IMG/VR virus record: IMGVR_UViG_3300025141_000016
Span: 124,001 to 188,000 of that record
Reading direction: 5' to 3' (one strand)
DNA: 64,000 nucleotides
Shown here: positions 27,001 through 40,100 of the stretch, piece after piece
How the letters are laid out: each line of letters begins with the position of its first letter
How positions within the stretch are numbered: the first letter of the stretch is position 1
The notes under the pieces: model-generated
Told to the model about the DNA's origin: nothing
The model's input: only the letters and a program-made list of their open reading frames with translations
The model's database searches: none
Made by a program: the position numbers and the translations under genes

Positions 27001-28125
27001 CAGCAACGACTCCGCGTCGAAGCGGATTCCGAAATCAAGACCGGACGGCTGTGGAGGGAGGGCGATGCCAAGGCAATCGAAAACATCTCGGCCCAGAGCG
27101 GGGAAAAACTCGCAGCTTACCTCGACGCAGCCCAACAACTGTATCTCGCGACCGTCGCGTTGGATGACCCCGACGGGGTGTGGGGGGTGATCAGTGACAA
27201 AGCTGGGGCAGCCCGAGCGGAGTTGCTTACCCACTTCGACTCCTACGAGGAGGACGGGACTGGTGCAATCCGCATCGTCTCCCGAGAATACGAGGAGGGC
27301 GGCAAGGGTTCCTTCACCCCGGTCCTGCCTGTCTCGGACAATGGTGGCTACGAGGTCTACGGCACCCTCCCCTATGGGCGCGGGCTCGACATCACGAGGT
27401 ACAAGAGCCTTTTGAGCACCGCAGGGTCACCCACCACCAACTCTTCCATGCTTGCCGTGGAGACGTTCTTTGCCTCCCTCTCTGGTGGGGCCTCCGTGTC
27501 AAAGGTGTTGGGGGAGATGAGTAACGAGGCAAAGGCCAAGCTGGCAGAATCCGTGGATGTGGCAGTCGGTGATCTGGAGAACGCCCTCGCTGCAATCGCC
27601 ACAGAAGACGACTCCCCCTCGGTATTTATACGGAATACCCCCGTGACCTCACGCAGCAGAGGCATGTCCGTCACAGGTGACGTAGCCGCATCCGCCTTGG
27701 CCTCCCTCCAGGGGGAAGGGAATGAGGTGTGCCTGTGCAAAGGAACAGACGGGTCTTTCTGGCTCCAAGCCTTCACGGGTGAGTTCGTGGAACTGGCTGG
27801 GGACGAGAGCGTCAACGACTTCCTGTCGAGTGAGGCCGAGCATGTAGGTGCTGGTTGGTCCCTCACCAAGCAAGCCCTTGCGGGCCAGATGCTTGATACT
27901 CGTGCCACCAATAAACTGGCGGAAGTGATCCAGAGCACGCAGGACACGGGTTTGTTCGGACAAACGGCAGTGGGTGGAGCGATCACTGAAGCCCAAAAGG
28001 AGAGTGGCGCGGATTGGGAAGAAGCCAAGCAGGCAGCCCGGAAAGCCGCCAGAGGGATCTCAAAAGCGTCCGATCAGATAGAGCAAGACCGCATTGATGC
28101 CAGCGAGGCCGAGGAGGAAGGATGA
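24094..28125 (+). CDS. Baseplate hub protein (gp27/gpD-like) with long C-terminal extension
   Basis: 1343 aa; YQVFRGVVTEVSH, FEFYQDVDGDIVFKPPMY, ASITIPLRPEMRPGYPV..FYVKGISHSF patterns. Confidence 0.7.
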   Translation: MSIKDRPYVGTWQMNRTVVRYTPDAKVLINGHAEFASCMTCNKKLDFNKYITSISCDPTTDPITGANFSLTVPAAASDVFRHDGNYVLEPGLEVVILMRGYFPITGYAAKGQDPPKGGGATDDSVPVYPYYQVFRGVVTEVSHEFSGGFYTASVTCANILHFWQYHYVSTNGSVFGEKLPGSGTGINLTGHKFTGMSPYSIIYTLMRIGFGAAFGQNWTIAQESNLAAVDEGSGQSLYKHAALWWQKRWEESSMRLRMYGMDGSIFNAFEQAYLGMFDNTGGTSAQDFINSFNIELPDEYNLDAVSDFKEAARSVGYRGMATQGAVMNKDGTKLDALKMQAYTLDLGSLGSVNMFEGEYMSKLEIANTTLEVCGFEFYQDVDGDIVFKPPMYNLDTSGDEVYCIRDRDLVSISESESEPEATYVKGSGSLFQNFKGVLSGEFGTRQGKFVDWRLVAKFGWRETTFESNYLSSSKAMYISGIMRMDLANAEMRTASITIPLRPEMRPGYPVWVECLDCFFYVKGISHSFAVGSACQSTLTCVAKRPKFLPPGNPDRSEGDGSQRLPTLDDVKLSAPGEYPPMPLYVFPEDIEGAEGGSSGPPRIQGYPNVVLALDPDRLNMRSVPGGLSFSSADTLMDFALTMGILRRDPDSVESSPTYLLSEGNDPSQAIKISRDEIVTSYDSYSEVISNTVFSGTNTQGTLEAVKDESPNFGALLVAVQQKSANNIEDSANLGNYLALQTGLKQMFGESGITGQYRYFSSSAPDESDQSPSEVIIDEEASTKSVTRIGEAKDSHSDGITVLRQDGDRIRIESDMPKRGFRIYGIDADDADDQTGKISGTNAYSDVTTKDIRFFTFQKILVRKGVNNITQGASEFARFPLIKEKMAEVFASHLRVYAQTVDADEAATVRFGETETEAGYGAIKAWIDTYITGCEISTSGSSEDSNVQALITSLATITEQVSTFGGSLHPQQRLRVEADSEIKTGRLWREGDAKAIENISAQSGEKLAAYLDAAQQLYLATVALDDPDGVWGVISDKAGAARAELLTHFDSYEEDGTGAIRIVSREYEEGGKGSFTPVLPVSDNGGYEVYGTLPYGRGLDITRYKSLLSTAGSPTTNSSMLAVETFFASLSGGASVSKVLGEMSNEAKAKLAESVDVAVGDLENALAAIATEDDSPSVFIRNTPVTSRSRGMSVTGDVAASALASLQGEGNEVCLCKGTDGSFWLQAFTGEFVELAGDESVNDFLSSEAEHVGAGWSLTKQALAGQMLDTRATNKLAEVIQSTQDTGLFGQTAVGGAITEAQKESGADWEEAKQAARKAARGISKASDQIEQDRIDASEAEEEG

Positions 28126-30575
28126 GCAACGGAAACGGACCCCCGGTCACAACGGGGCGCATCAATCTTGAAGTCGCACCCACAGGATTGGCGAAGGCCA
28201 ACATTAGCCGCGACCAACGGTCTTTCCCTATCCGCTTCGCCGTGGTGACACGGGTGGACCCGAAGAAGATGGTGGTGGACCTGAAGCCCCTTTCAGGCGG
28301 TGGTTCCCCTTCATCCAACATCCCCATCACCTTCCCTGCGGCGGGAGCCCGTCACTTCATCGGTGCGATGCCCGAAGTGGGGGACATGTGCGTCGTTGGA
28401 TACGCCCCCACCGAGTCAGGAGCAGGTCAAAGGCCAGTGGTCTTGGGGTGGTATGTGCCCAGCACCCAGTCTGGATATGATTGGCTCAACGTCCGCTCCC
28501 ACTCCCCGGCAGAACTCGGCCTCACCGCCAAAGAGAAGATTGCCCTGGAAGGCGTGGCAAGCGAACGCCGACACAAGTTGCGCCAGATGGAAAAAGGGAA
28601 CGTGGTTGCGTCTTCCTCCCAAGGGGCAGACCTCCTGTTGACCGAGAGTGCCACCCTCGCCAACAGACGTGGCAACGAGGTCATCCTACGGGACCAAGAC
28701 CAAGCCCTCATCGTCAGAAGCCTGCAACAGTTCCACGCGGGGGCTGGGTTCCGCACCTACAGCGGCATGATCCAAAGGGATGCCAACCTCCTCCCCACGC
28801 AACTGGTGGAAACCGCCATCGACTACTGTTCTACACGACAGGTAGATGAAGCAGGGGTGCCTCTCCCCATCCTCGGGCTCGATGCGACCGAGAACGCAGG
28901 ATCAATACGAGCAAACACGGTCTATGACGGCACCGATTTCGCCGCCGATGTGAACTTTGACCCGGCCCAGATCCTCCGGCGAGGTCTATTCGTTGACGGG
29001 GATGGGGTGATGACTCTGGGGGGTGCCTCGGGGACCACCTACGGTGGGAAGCCCATGTACCGCGTATCCGTGGACAAAATGTCCAACTCCGCGAAGCACA
29101 TGAACGGGATCACCAACACAGGAGCAGGGGTCTTCACCGAGTACCGGATCGAGGTGGCCCACACCTCGGATGGTACGTTGCCCGTCACGGAGCAGACCGA
29201 CGGCATCGACATTGATCGTTTCCTTCCCAACGTCCCCAACCAAGACCCAGAGGGATCAGGAGGACCGGCAGGGGGAACCCTTGACCCCCTCAACATGTCC
29301 CCTGCCTCGCCGTTGGTGGAGTTCGTCTTGGGAACAGCCGTGGGGAACGACCCTTTCAACTACCCCGACCAGTACGGCGTGCCCCTTGTGGCCAAGATCA
29401 CCACCGAGTCAGGAAAAAGGCAAACCTCTTTGCGGGCCGCCACACCCGACGACCCCCTGTCGTCTCAACTGGCGTTCCTCATCCGGTCCCGTGACCCGTC
29501 TGATCCCACGAAGGAATCGTTCATCGCGCTTTCCAAGGGCGGGGCATGGCTGACCAACTTTCAAGGGTCGGGGTCGATGACGACCCAGGAAGACCTGCGA
29601 ACCGGAAAGATCAGCTTCTACGGACTCGGGCCTGATGGCGAGAGCAGGCGCATGGAAGCAACAGGCTCCGTCACCATCGCCAACACTGGGGTCGGGCGGT
29701 CAAAAGATAATGTTGGCATCGACATTCGATCTGCTGGAGGGGCCGTCGAAATCTTCGGGGGAGGTGCCACCACAGCCGGGGCAGCGAGCGCGGATAAGGA
29801 CAATCCCAATGCCACCCCTGCGGGCTCCAAGACCGCCTTGTCCCTCATCAGTGCCCAGAGCGCCATCCTGTCAGCAAAGGATAGGGTCAAGGTAACGGCG
29901 AAAGAGGTGGCTATCGAGGACGCCAGCGTCGTCGGGATCCGCGCTTCCTCGACCCTGGAAATGAGTATCGGGGACAGCATCACAATGGCTGCCAAGAAGA
30001 TCGGGGTGACCATCGCCGGGAAGGCCGAGTACACCTATGGCGGTCCCCTCGACTCCGACTCCACCAACGGAGAATCCCGGTCCACGAGTTTCACCGCTAC
30101 TCCCGCATCTGGGGGCATCGGAGGGACCGTTGATAAGTATGAGATCACCTATGGCGACCTGAAAGAGACGTTTACCTCGGGGCGGCGTACTACCGTGTGT
30201 ACTGTAGGCCACTTTGGGGTCTTCACTATGGGGACAGCCCCGACCTCCACTGGCCCTGGTTCGGGCTTTACTGTCAGTACAGGGGCGACAGGGGCAGATA
30301 ACAAGATCGATGCGGGGCTCACGGCCATCGACGTGATTGCAAACGCGGGAAGCGCCTCCCTCAAAGCGACGAAGGGGGCTACCACAGTGTCGGGCACCAC
30401 GGGAGCCACACTGAAATCCCAGGCCAAGGTGACCCTTCAAGCCACCTATGTGTCCGTAACCCAAGCCCCCGGCCCAAAGGGGGGAGTCCTTACTGATGGG
30501 TGTACCGATCCCCTCACAGGCGGGACTTTCCTCGCAGCAGGATCGGTCGGGTGTTCCGGTTTCAGGGTAGCGTAA
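28122..30575 (+). CDS. Central spike protein (gp5/gpV-like OB fold plus beta-helix)
   Basis: FAVVTRVDP..IGAMPEVGDMCVVGY OB fold; Thr/Gly/Ala-rich repetitive C terminus; ATGA overlap with the hub. Confidence 0.7.
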   Translation: MSNGNGPPVTTGRINLEVAPTGLAKANISRDQRSFPIRFAVVTRVDPKKMVVDLKPLSGGGSPSSNIPITFPAAGARHFIGAMPEVGDMCVVGYAPTESGAGQRPVVLGWYVPSTQSGYDWLNVRSHSPAELGLTAKEKIALEGVASERRHKLRQMEKGNVVASSSQGADLLLTESATLANRRGNEVILRDQDQALIVRSLQQFHAGAGFRTYSGMIQRDANLLPTQLVETAIDYCSTRQVDEAGVPLPILGLDATENAGSIRANTVYDGTDFAADVNFDPAQILRRGLFVDGDGVMTLGGASGTTYGGKPMYRVSVDKMSNSAKHMNGITNTGAGVFTEYRIEVAHTSDGTLPVTEQTDGIDIDRFLPNVPNQDPEGSGGPAGGTLDPLNMSPASPLVEFVLGTAVGNDPFNYPDQYGVPLVAKITTESGKRQTSLRAATPDDPLSSQLAFLIRSRDPSDPTKESFIALSKGGAWLTNFQGSGSMTTQEDLRTGKISFYGLGPDGESRRMEATGSVTIANTGVGRSKDNVGIDIRSAGGAVEIFGGGATTAGAASADKDNPNATPAGSKTALSLISAQSAILSAKDRVKVTAKEVAIEDASVVGIRASSTLEMSIGDSITMAAKKIGVTIAGKAEYTYGGPLDSDSTNGESRSTSFTATPASGGIGGTVDKYEITYGDLKETFTSGRRTTVCTVGHFGVFTMGTAPTSTGPGSGFTVSTGATGADNKIDAGLTAIDVIANAGSASLKATKGATTVSGTTGATLKSQAKVTLQATYVSVTQAPGPKGGVLTDGCTDPLTGGTFLAAGSVGCSGFRVA

Positions 30576-31153
30576 TGCCAATCACAGCCACAGCAGTCAC
30601 GAACGCCATCAGGGCAGCAGGCCCGACCCTCACAGGCCCGACATGGATGAAGTTGTCGTCGGCTATCGGGATTGCGGTCGTCAAGTGGTCTACCAACAGG
30701 GCCAATGTGGCACTCACGGGGAGTGGGGGTGGCGTGATGGGTGCGGGTACGGTCAATGGCACCCTCACCATCGTACCTAACGCTGTCCCTGTCACTGGGT
30801 CGCTCGCATCAGCAGGATTCAAGGGGCTCTCGGCCCCGAAAATCGGCGCAGCCGTGGGAATCGGGATTGGGAACTCCTACTCTGCATCAGCGACGTACAA
30901 GGGCCAAAGCGCCGGATGGGGGGTTGGGGCTGACGTTTCCAAGGTTTCAACAGCGATTTCCGCTTCTCTGACCCCGTTGCTGGTGTCGGCCATGGCAGGC
31001 CAGGGCCTCACTGGAACCCAAGCATCCTTACTGGCGGCAGGGCTCTCTCCCGGCATAGCTACTCTATTCCTTACAGGAGTCGGATCTGGTGCCGCAACGG
31101 GCGGTGGTGGGCCGATGGCGGGTACTGGTACAAGCACCAGTGGTGTGGTCTAA
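30575..31153 (+). CDS. Gly/Ala-rich baseplate-associated protein
   Basis: TAATG overlap with the spike stop. Confidence 0.65.
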   Translation: MPITATAVTNAIRAAGPTLTGPTWMKLSSAIGIAVVKWSTNRANVALTGSGGGVMGAGTVNGTLTIVPNAVPVTGSLASAGFKGLSAPKIGAAVGIGIGNSYSASATYKGQSAGWGVGADVSKVSTAISASLTPLLVSAMAGQGLTGTQASLLAAGLSPGIATLFLTGVGSGAATGGGGPMAGTGTSTSGVV

Positions 31154-31168
31154 AAGGAGTACAAATAA

Positions 31169-34100
31169 GTGGGCTTCAATCTCGATGGCTATGTCCTACG
31201 TCCGGCTCGCGTGGCTTCAGGGAACTCCCCTGACACGAACGAGGCGACTACGGGCGTGGATCGCAGTCAAATGGACGGGGCGGAAATGGCGACCCTCGGC
31301 TACACCGTGGCACCCACGGGTGGTCGTTTTACGACAGCCGTAGAACCCTACGGCGATATGTACCGGGCAGCCGTCCTCCAGAAGCCCGAGAGCCGCGAAG
31401 CAGAGGAGACGTACTGTGTGTTCGCGGCCACCACTGGTTCGTTGAGCACAGTGGAAAGCGAGTTCCTGGCGCAGTCTGCATCGAGTGATGCGGTTACCGT
31501 CGTCCCTGGAACCCTCGCCGTAGAGGGTGGCGTTTGGAACGATGGGACCGACACCTTCCTCGTCTTGGACCCTGGGGGGCGAGACATTAGTTCCGTGTCC
31601 TCCCTGGTCATCATCAAGGGACCGATTGTTCCGGGGGCTCCTCCCACCTACGTCACGATCACAGATGGGGGGAGTCCGGGCTTTTTGAGCCAAGACCCCT
31701 CGATTGGGAAGGTCGTCCTTGACTCCACCGCCTTGGACCCCGCCTACCTCAATGGCGGATTCTCCAAGGAACGTGGGGACCAAATCCTCCTCGTCACCTA
31801 CATCCTGGGAGGGCCAACCTTTTGGTGGACGCGGAATGACCAAGACGTGACCCGTTTCGGGTGGGACGGCAAGAACCAACGATGGAGCCCTCTCCAGGGC
31901 AGCCTCCCCCGTGACCTGGGGGCCGTCAATGGTGAGGATGAGTTCAAGTTGACCCCACCCCTCACCCGCTTCGCTGTGGGGGACATGCTCCCTTATGACG
32001 ACACCACTACGGATTCTTATGCGTTGGTTCGGTCTGGGCTCTACCCCGACTCCATCTCGACCCCACTGACCATCCTCGTGGTGACAGACGAGGAAGCCGC
32101 AAGCGGCACATGGAGCGGGTCATGGATAGACCCCGCGACCGGCACCGCTGCGGATGCTGTGGTGGGGGTCTACAGCGGGGATCTTCTCCTGAACCCCACT
32201 TACATCGAGGCCAATGCTGGACGCACCCTCTGGTACAACCCGGAAACCTTCGTCGTTGACGCGGATGGGGATCTGGGGGAAGTGGCCGACTTCTACCCTC
32301 TCGCGTTGGTCCCCACTTCCATCGGCTTTCCAGCCCTGTCTCCAGTTCCCGGTCCAACTGACCGTCCCTTCCTGCGGATCGGGTCGCGCCGTTACTTGAC
32401 CCCATACGCCGTGGACACGGATGCTGATCTCCCCACTCCTGCGGACTTCCCGGCGGGGAACTTCTACTGGTCCCGTATGACAGGCCGCATCGTGTTGTCC
32501 AAACACGACATTGACCGTTGCACGCCTGGGGCATCCACCACGAACCCCACCCCTGACTTTTCTGACTACGACATTTTCTACCTGGGGGCTCGGCTCTACT
32601 ACGACGGGGTGTCTCTCAACACGCAGCCCCTCCCGGTAAAGGCACCCACCCCGGTCTTCGATGAAGCGGGGCTCCCGTTGGACGGCGACCCCGAGACGGT
32701 CCCTATCTTTGGGAAACTCTACATCCCGCGTGCGGTTCCCCTTCCCCCTCCTGGGATCAGTGGGGTGCTGTGGGTGCCGGACGGCTCGGGGGACACACCT
32801 TCCATTGATGAAAAAACCATCCCTCTTACGCGCCCCAACGGGTGCGGAATGATGCGTGAGATCGAGGGTATCGGGGACACGTTCTTCTTCGGTGAATCCT
32901 ATGCCTACGAGAAAACCGATGTAGAGGAGTACGACGAAGACCTCCCCGTTCTGAAGTTCAAGGTGCCCAAGAACACAGTCGCCGTATCCCGGCTGCAAGA
33001 CCCGGATATGACAGGCTCCCCGTTGGAAGAATACTCCCGCCTCCAGATGCGCCGGAGGCTCGTCAAGGGGGAAGCCCTCTACTTCCTACAGGCCCAGATT
33101 ACTCCCTCGGTCTATGCCGACGAGGCCCGCATCTTCTCCCGCTTCGGGGAGCCCTTCACCCTCCTGGGAACGGAAACGCTCACCTTCAATGTGGATGACT
33201 TCGCGGGGGGCTACAAGTGGGTGGCCACCACATTGGGTGCGGGAGAGTTCTCTGCTGCCGAGGTAGCGGCTGACATACAGGCCACCTCCGGTGTCCCCGC
33301 AGGGTCCGTCGGGTCGCTACGAGGTCGTATCTTTATCCGTGACGCTGACCTCAAAATAGGGAAGGTGGAGATTGGATGGGATCAGTCAGACGCGACCGAC
33401 CTGTCTGGACCTGCTGCCCTCGGTTTCTTGCCCGGATGGCGCGTATCCCTCCCCCTTCCCGCAGCCCCAGCACCTAACTTCTGTTGGCTCCCAGACAACG
33501 GGGCCGCGATGGGAGTGTTCCGCAGCCCGGTCAACATGGACCGGAGAGATGACACCCCGGACATTCGTGCCAAGAGCCAGTTCGATGACCTGCTCCTCAC
33601 GGACAACATCACAGGGATGCCTTTCTTCAGCATCAACCAGCCGCCGTTGGAGGACATGCCAGGGTACGACGAGGGAGTTCACTTCCGTATGGCTATCGGG
33701 CTCCTCACGGTGGACTTGAAGAACTACCACACCACTCTCGGGGTTGGGATCAAGTACGACTGGGTGTTTGACCGGCTGGTCTGGACCGAGGAAGGAGAAA
33801 CCTCTGCAACCCAGGTGGCGTTCCCCACCTCAACCCTTCAGTTGGACCACCCTGCCATCCTTCCCGAGACAGTCTCGGCCCTCGCCATGGACGACACCGC
33901 TTTCGGCCTTCGGGTGAAGGGACCGCTGGATGACTCCTATGCCACCAAGATCCGGGGTGAGGATTTCCTCATGCCTGGAGGGGGTCAACCGGGTCAGGCA
34001 CTCTTGGTGTCTGTCGAAGGTGGGGTCAAGGCAAGCGGGGGGTGCGGCCAGTTCACCGCAGGCACCACCACGTTTGAAGACCCCAATGTCCCAGACCAAG

Positions 34101-37100
34101 ACGATCTGGCTGCCGAGGTGTTGGTTGGCTATCTCCTCCACGTCCTCACCGGGGAAGCCGAAGGGGTCTACCAGATCACAAAGGTCACAAGCGGACCCCC
34201 GACCGTACTCAACGTGTTTCCGGCTTTCCCGAGCAGCCAGACGACTGCCCAATGGCGCGTATACGAAGCCAAGCCTCGGGACGAGATCGACAACACTCTC
34301 GTAGCTGATGTGCAACAGCAGGTGATGAACCACCTGCCCTCCGAGCCTTTCAAGATCCGGCTGCTCACCTCCACCGGCACCGTGGGGGGATCCCTTGTGG
34401 CCGAGGTGGCCGATGCCATCTCCTCCAACCGCGTGATCTCGTTGCGTTTCGGGTTGGGGGAGGGTGGAAACGCCAATGAGGCCACCCCTGCCTATCTGGT
34501 GCGCGGGGTAAAGATGGGCACCGTGGTCGCCACCGGCCTGGAAATCCCCGACACTTCAGACCTTCACTTTCAAACCTCCCTTGCGGGTGGGACGGCGTAC
34601 TTCAGTTTCCGGGTGGGCGCTGCGGAGTTCACGAGCGGGGTCAACCTCGTCATGGTGGCCGTAGCAGGGACACCGGCTGCGGGAACCGTAGAGATCGTCG
34701 CGGGCAGCGGAGAAGTCGTCTTTGCCGACGATGTGGTTTCGGACCTCTCTGGGAGCACCGTCTTCTACGACCAACAGTTCCTCAACCCAGACGATCTCAC
34801 CGCAGGTGAGTGTGAGATCAACGCCTCCGACGGAAGCATCAACATCTCGACTTCCGATGCAGGCACCTATGCCGGTGAGACGGCGTACTTCGTGGAGGAG
34901 ATGGTCACGGTCAACGATCTCGACGTGAAGACCTCTCCCGTCAGCGGGAGCATCCTCTTCAAGAAGCCCTTGCGGGCCATGCAGATCGTTGAAACCAACT
35001 ACTTCCAGGCTGACACGAACGGGGACAAGGCCACCGACACCGACGGCAACTACATCGAGGTCACCGAGTTCCTTCCCCTCATCGTGAAGCTGGAGGTGGC
35101 GACTCGGATTGATGACTACACGTTCTCCTTCAACCCGACCGGGAGAACGTACTCCGAGGTAGTCGATCCCTTCATGTGGGTCGGCGTGGAACTCCAGAAC
35201 TTCGCAGGCATAGAGACAGCCTTCATCGAGGTAGACGAAGACCTCGGCATCTACCTCATCAAGTTGACGAGTGCCGTGGAATCCACGGACGAGGTGAAGA
35301 TCAACTACGGCGTGCTGGAAGCCTTTGGAGGCGAGTCAGCGTACACCGTCTCCACACCTCCGGTGTACCGGAAGCCGTTTTTTCTGTTGGAGGGTCAAAC
35401 GTCCTTCGACTTGGAGACTGACCGGTCAGCGGATTTCCCGGTGGGGCATCTCCTCATGCTGGGACCGCAGCCCCTCTACATCAAGACGGTGGCCTACGAC
35501 ATCACCACTGACCTCACGACAGTCACCATCACCCCGGATCCCTTGGGGGAACTCGGGAGCCGTGCGGTGGGACGGGATTCAGGGCTTACCGTCTCCGATT
35601 TCCCGGTGTCTGTGACCCTCTCTCCAACAGACACAGAGGGCTTCATGCCCACGCTGGACACCTCTACTGCAACAGGGACTCCCTTGCTTGCCGTGGATCG
35701 GGGTCAGTTGGAGGTGGTCTTCTACGGGGATGTGCGGCAGTACACCAAGCCCAATCACCTGCTGGAGATTGAGGAGTGCCCCTACATCATCATCAACTCC
35801 TCCATGTCTGATGATGGTCGCAACACCATCGTTGAGATCGCCACCCCAGCCTACAAAGCCCACGACAACAGCAACACGGTGCGGATCAGTATGCGCCCCG
35901 TTTACCAGCCCAGCCCCATGGAGTTTGCTGGGATTGCCCCTTTCGTGACCAGCGAGGAATACAACCTCTTCCTCATGGGGGCGACAGAGAGCGGGGTCGG
36001 CGTACCGGGCAAGGAGTTGATCGAGGGAACCCACTACACGACGGACGCAGCTACGGGGGAGATCATCTTCCAGACCCCCACACAGCCCCCGTTGAACCCC
36101 GGAGAATGGCTCCACTTCCGCTACACACGGCAGGTAGTGGTGAACCCCTTGGTGAAGGATGACGCGCTCCTATACCCGCTCTACAAGGGCAGCTACCTCT
36201 ATATGACGGTCCCCTCGGTCCCCAACAGGCTCCTCGGGAGCGTGTTGCGGGCCAAGTACACCTACCGGAACCCCGATTCTTTCTACTTCTCCACCCTTCC
36301 TATGAGGAACTACCTGGGAGACGTGGCCAAGGTATCCGCCGCCAAGGGCGGGTCAGCACCCTCGGGAGGCCCTGTCCTGGCGTTCCCCGGCGAGTCCAAC
36401 ATGGGAAGCCAGGGAGCCATGGGGTTGCGGGGGGAAGCACAGGACTACCGTGACCAAGACCGGGGAGGACGTGTCTACGTCGAGTTCTTCAACGGGGTCA
36501 TTGTGGCCTTTGAGCAAGTGCTTGAAGCCATGGATGGTCGCATCATCGGGGACAGAGACGGGAAGTTCCTTTTCTTCCTCGGGCGTGACAAGCGGTATCC
36601 ACCTCCCGGCTACGAGGACTCCATCAGCGGGGAGTTGAACCCTCGCCTCATCTGGCGCGAGGTCATCGAGAACTGGTCCCCCTCCGACTACACCGACAAC
36701 GATGGGTGGTACATGGAGGCGGATCCGGTATTTGACCCCACGACAGCGGAGATCCCCGACACGGGGGAACGCCCTGGCGCTCCCGATGGAATAACCCCGG
36801 ACCCCCACTCCCTCTCTTTCTACACGGGTCGGCAGCGCCATCGGGTGAAGAACGACATGGACGACCGCCTGTTGATCGGGTTCGGTCGGCCTCGTGGGCT
36901 CGCTTTCCTGTTCCCAAAGTTCGACGTGCCTGGGAAGTTCAAGGACATGTGGCAGGACCACGAGTACAGCCGCCTGTTCCCAGAGAAGACCACCCACTTC
37001 ACGCGGTTGTTCCCCGGCCTGGAAGCGGTCATGGGGGCAACGGGCTTCACAGATCCGGGCTACTACTCCTCTGGTCGTAAGATCGAGGTGCCTGGACCGG

Positions 37101-40100
37101 AGCCCGGAGAAACCACCGAGCAAAAGGTCAAGACACGCAAGACCGTCAATGGGGTCATCTGCAACCCAGCCCTGGGCGACATTCAGAACATCTCGGATGT
37201 GACTGCCGAGGACCGGCATCCCCGCGCTCGCGTGTGGGCTTACTATCCGTTGGGTAGTGCGGAGTTGGACGCGGCTTTGGGAACCACCACTGCAAGCCCT
37301 CCATCTGCGACATTCGTAGCCACGCCGGTTCCGTTGAGCGAGTTCCCGATCAACCCGGACACGGGGTTCCCTGACATTACGCAGTTGCTTTCGCAAGGTG
37401 GGGGCATTTCTGACTTGGAGTCAGGAGATGCAGCCCTGTCCACGCCAGCCTTTGTGGGGTCAACCACCGCTGGGGAGGCACCCCGAATCAACTTCGGAAA
37501 GCCGGACGGCACCATCTATTCCCTGACAGCGGACTCGGACCTCAACGGGGTCTATATCGGAGAGGTCCAGGCCGGTTGTGTTTTGGTGCTCGTTGATGTG
37601 ACGGGGGCACCGTTGGCTGGGTCCAGCGTCTTCGTCAATGAAACTATCCCCCTGGAAGACGTGATTTCCGCCGATGGTGGGTACGGAGACACGGTGTTCT
37701 GTGGTCCTACCAGCGGAACCCTGGACCCCACTTCCGTCCCGACACAGCCCACCCTGGATGAAACTGCTGAAGCTACCCAGGGGCTTCCCGACTACCGCAT
37801 CCAGTTCGACCTCAAAGTGGGCCGTCGGTCAGGCACCTTCATCGACGCATCGCTTCCCACCGCTGACGATGCGTTCCCGTTCCCTCTGCAAAAGTGGTTC
37901 GGCCAGAACCCTCCCTCTCCGCTGTCCTGCGTCGAGGGAGTGGTCGAGTTCGTCAACACGTCAACGCAGCCGCTCCAACTCCCGTGCCTGTTGGGCGAGG
38001 ACAAGGACGACAGCGGTGACTACCAGATCCCCTACATGCGGACCACGAACACCGAACTCGTGGTGCTCGGGGAAGTAGCTGCCTCACTGGTCCTGTTGTT
38101 CATCGACACGTCAGCAGCCCTGCCCCTCCCGGCAGGTGTTCCTGCCATCGAGCAGCAAGACCTTTCACTGGCGGTCTACCCCAACGAGATCGTCGTCAAC
38201 AACGGCACCATCGTCCAGGCCACCGACTATCCTGGCTATGCCCTCAACCCTGCCACTCTCTATGTGGGGGCTGCCGCCGCTGACGGTGACCTTCGCCCTG
38301 TGGAGACAGCGGGGGCCTACACCGCGAACTCGGGCATCGGAGACGTGCGGCGTTTCGACCTCATCTTGTCGCAAGCTGACCAAGCCCTCGTAGGGGCAGG
38401 AAGCATCCCGGCTGGAATGACCGGCATCTTGACCGTGGGCGACGTGGAGCAAACCGCTCCTTCAACTGACCCCAACCGTCCTTCGACGCTGGAAACCCCA
38501 CGGTTCGTGACCCCAACTGCCACAGGGATGGAACATAAGTACACCATCCGTGGGTTCGCAGCGAATGTGGCTGACGACACAGGGGACAACGGGTTCCACA
38601 TCACCGAAGTCTCGGGCGGTGGACAGCGGGATACCGTTTTCCACTTCGGGACGGTTCCCCTCATCCGACTCACAGAACTCGCAGCCCTCATCCCCGGCAC
38701 GCCTCCCGCCGCAGGTGTGGGAAACGCCCTGGTGATCCGCATCTATGACGCGGACCCCTCACTGGCTCCTGCGACGGACCCCTTCATCGGAGCCCTTGTC
38801 ATCCCCTGGGACGATCCGGGCGAGGTCATGTACGCCTGGAATGAGGCCGCAGCAGCGACAACAGCCATCACCACGGACCCTGCCGGGGTCGGGGTTGTAT
38901 TCACCGCCGACACTGTTTCTATCCAGTGTGTAGTGGCACAGCCGTCAATCATGGTTGCCTTGGGGCTCGTGGTTTCCACCCACTACGACTTCACGTTGGA
39001 CTTCGACACCTACTTCGACCCTGATACAGTGGCCTTCACGTCCGGGGTACTTGTCGGAGGTGCTGGTCTGGGCTCCTTGACCTGTGAGGTCGGGCGAGAT
39101 CGTCTGACCTTCAAAGAGGCGCTGGCCTTCAACCTCGCCAAGCCTCGGGGATACAGCCCCGCCAACGACCCAGGGAATACCAACCACGGACACGAACTCG
39201 GTGTCCAGATTGCCGTGCATGAGGTCACCTGCCAGGGTGTCCAGGGCTTCACGGTGAACTCCCCCGCTGCGATCAACGGAGCCCCGGCTCCGGGGGCGGC
39301 TGGGTTCGGAACCCACTACCTCACCTTGTTGGAGCGCATGGGTCCGAGTCCCGATGCAAGTGTCAGCGCCTTGGTGGAGTACACGGGCACCTGGGACGGC
39401 TCTGACGGCTCCCTCCGACTCATGGCATGGGAAGGGTACGAGAACACCCCCCTCGCCGCCGACGTGTCCACCATCAAGTTCGCCGGAGTCCCTTCATCCA
39501 ACGCCAATGAAACCGCCGAGATTGCGGCTGGGTTTGGAGTCATGGCAGACAAGGGCTTCATCGACACCACCATGGGGCTGGACCTCGATGGCAACCGCGA
39601 CTACATCTACGGGGCGGCTTTGTTCTTCCCCCTCGTACCGGACGTGGAGGCGGGAGACATTGTGGTGGTGGATGCCGGAACCACATCATCCGAAGCCGTC
39701 AAAGCTGGGACGTACCTTGTTCGTCATGCCGTGTCCTATGATGCAGGGGACGCATACGCGACCCCTGCTGCGAGCATCCCCTTCGTTCAGGCCCCGCTCC
39801 GTCCCGCTCGTCAATGGGACGATGCGACCGCTCCGGTCCCCAAGGCTGAAGCAAAGTTGGCGGGCACCCCTTCCGGGTCCGGGGGCTTTGACTGTGTGAA
39901 CGTGGACTTCCCCACCATCTTGGAAGTGGACTCCGTAACCAATGAGGTGACCCTACAGGGCGTAGTCCCCGTGCCTGGAACCCCGAACGGCCACGGATGG
40001 GCAGATCCGGCAACGGTGCCCAACAACCGCCATGTTCACTTGATTTTGGGGGATAAATACGCGGAATACGACAGTGCAACCTCCGCATGGCACATCAAGC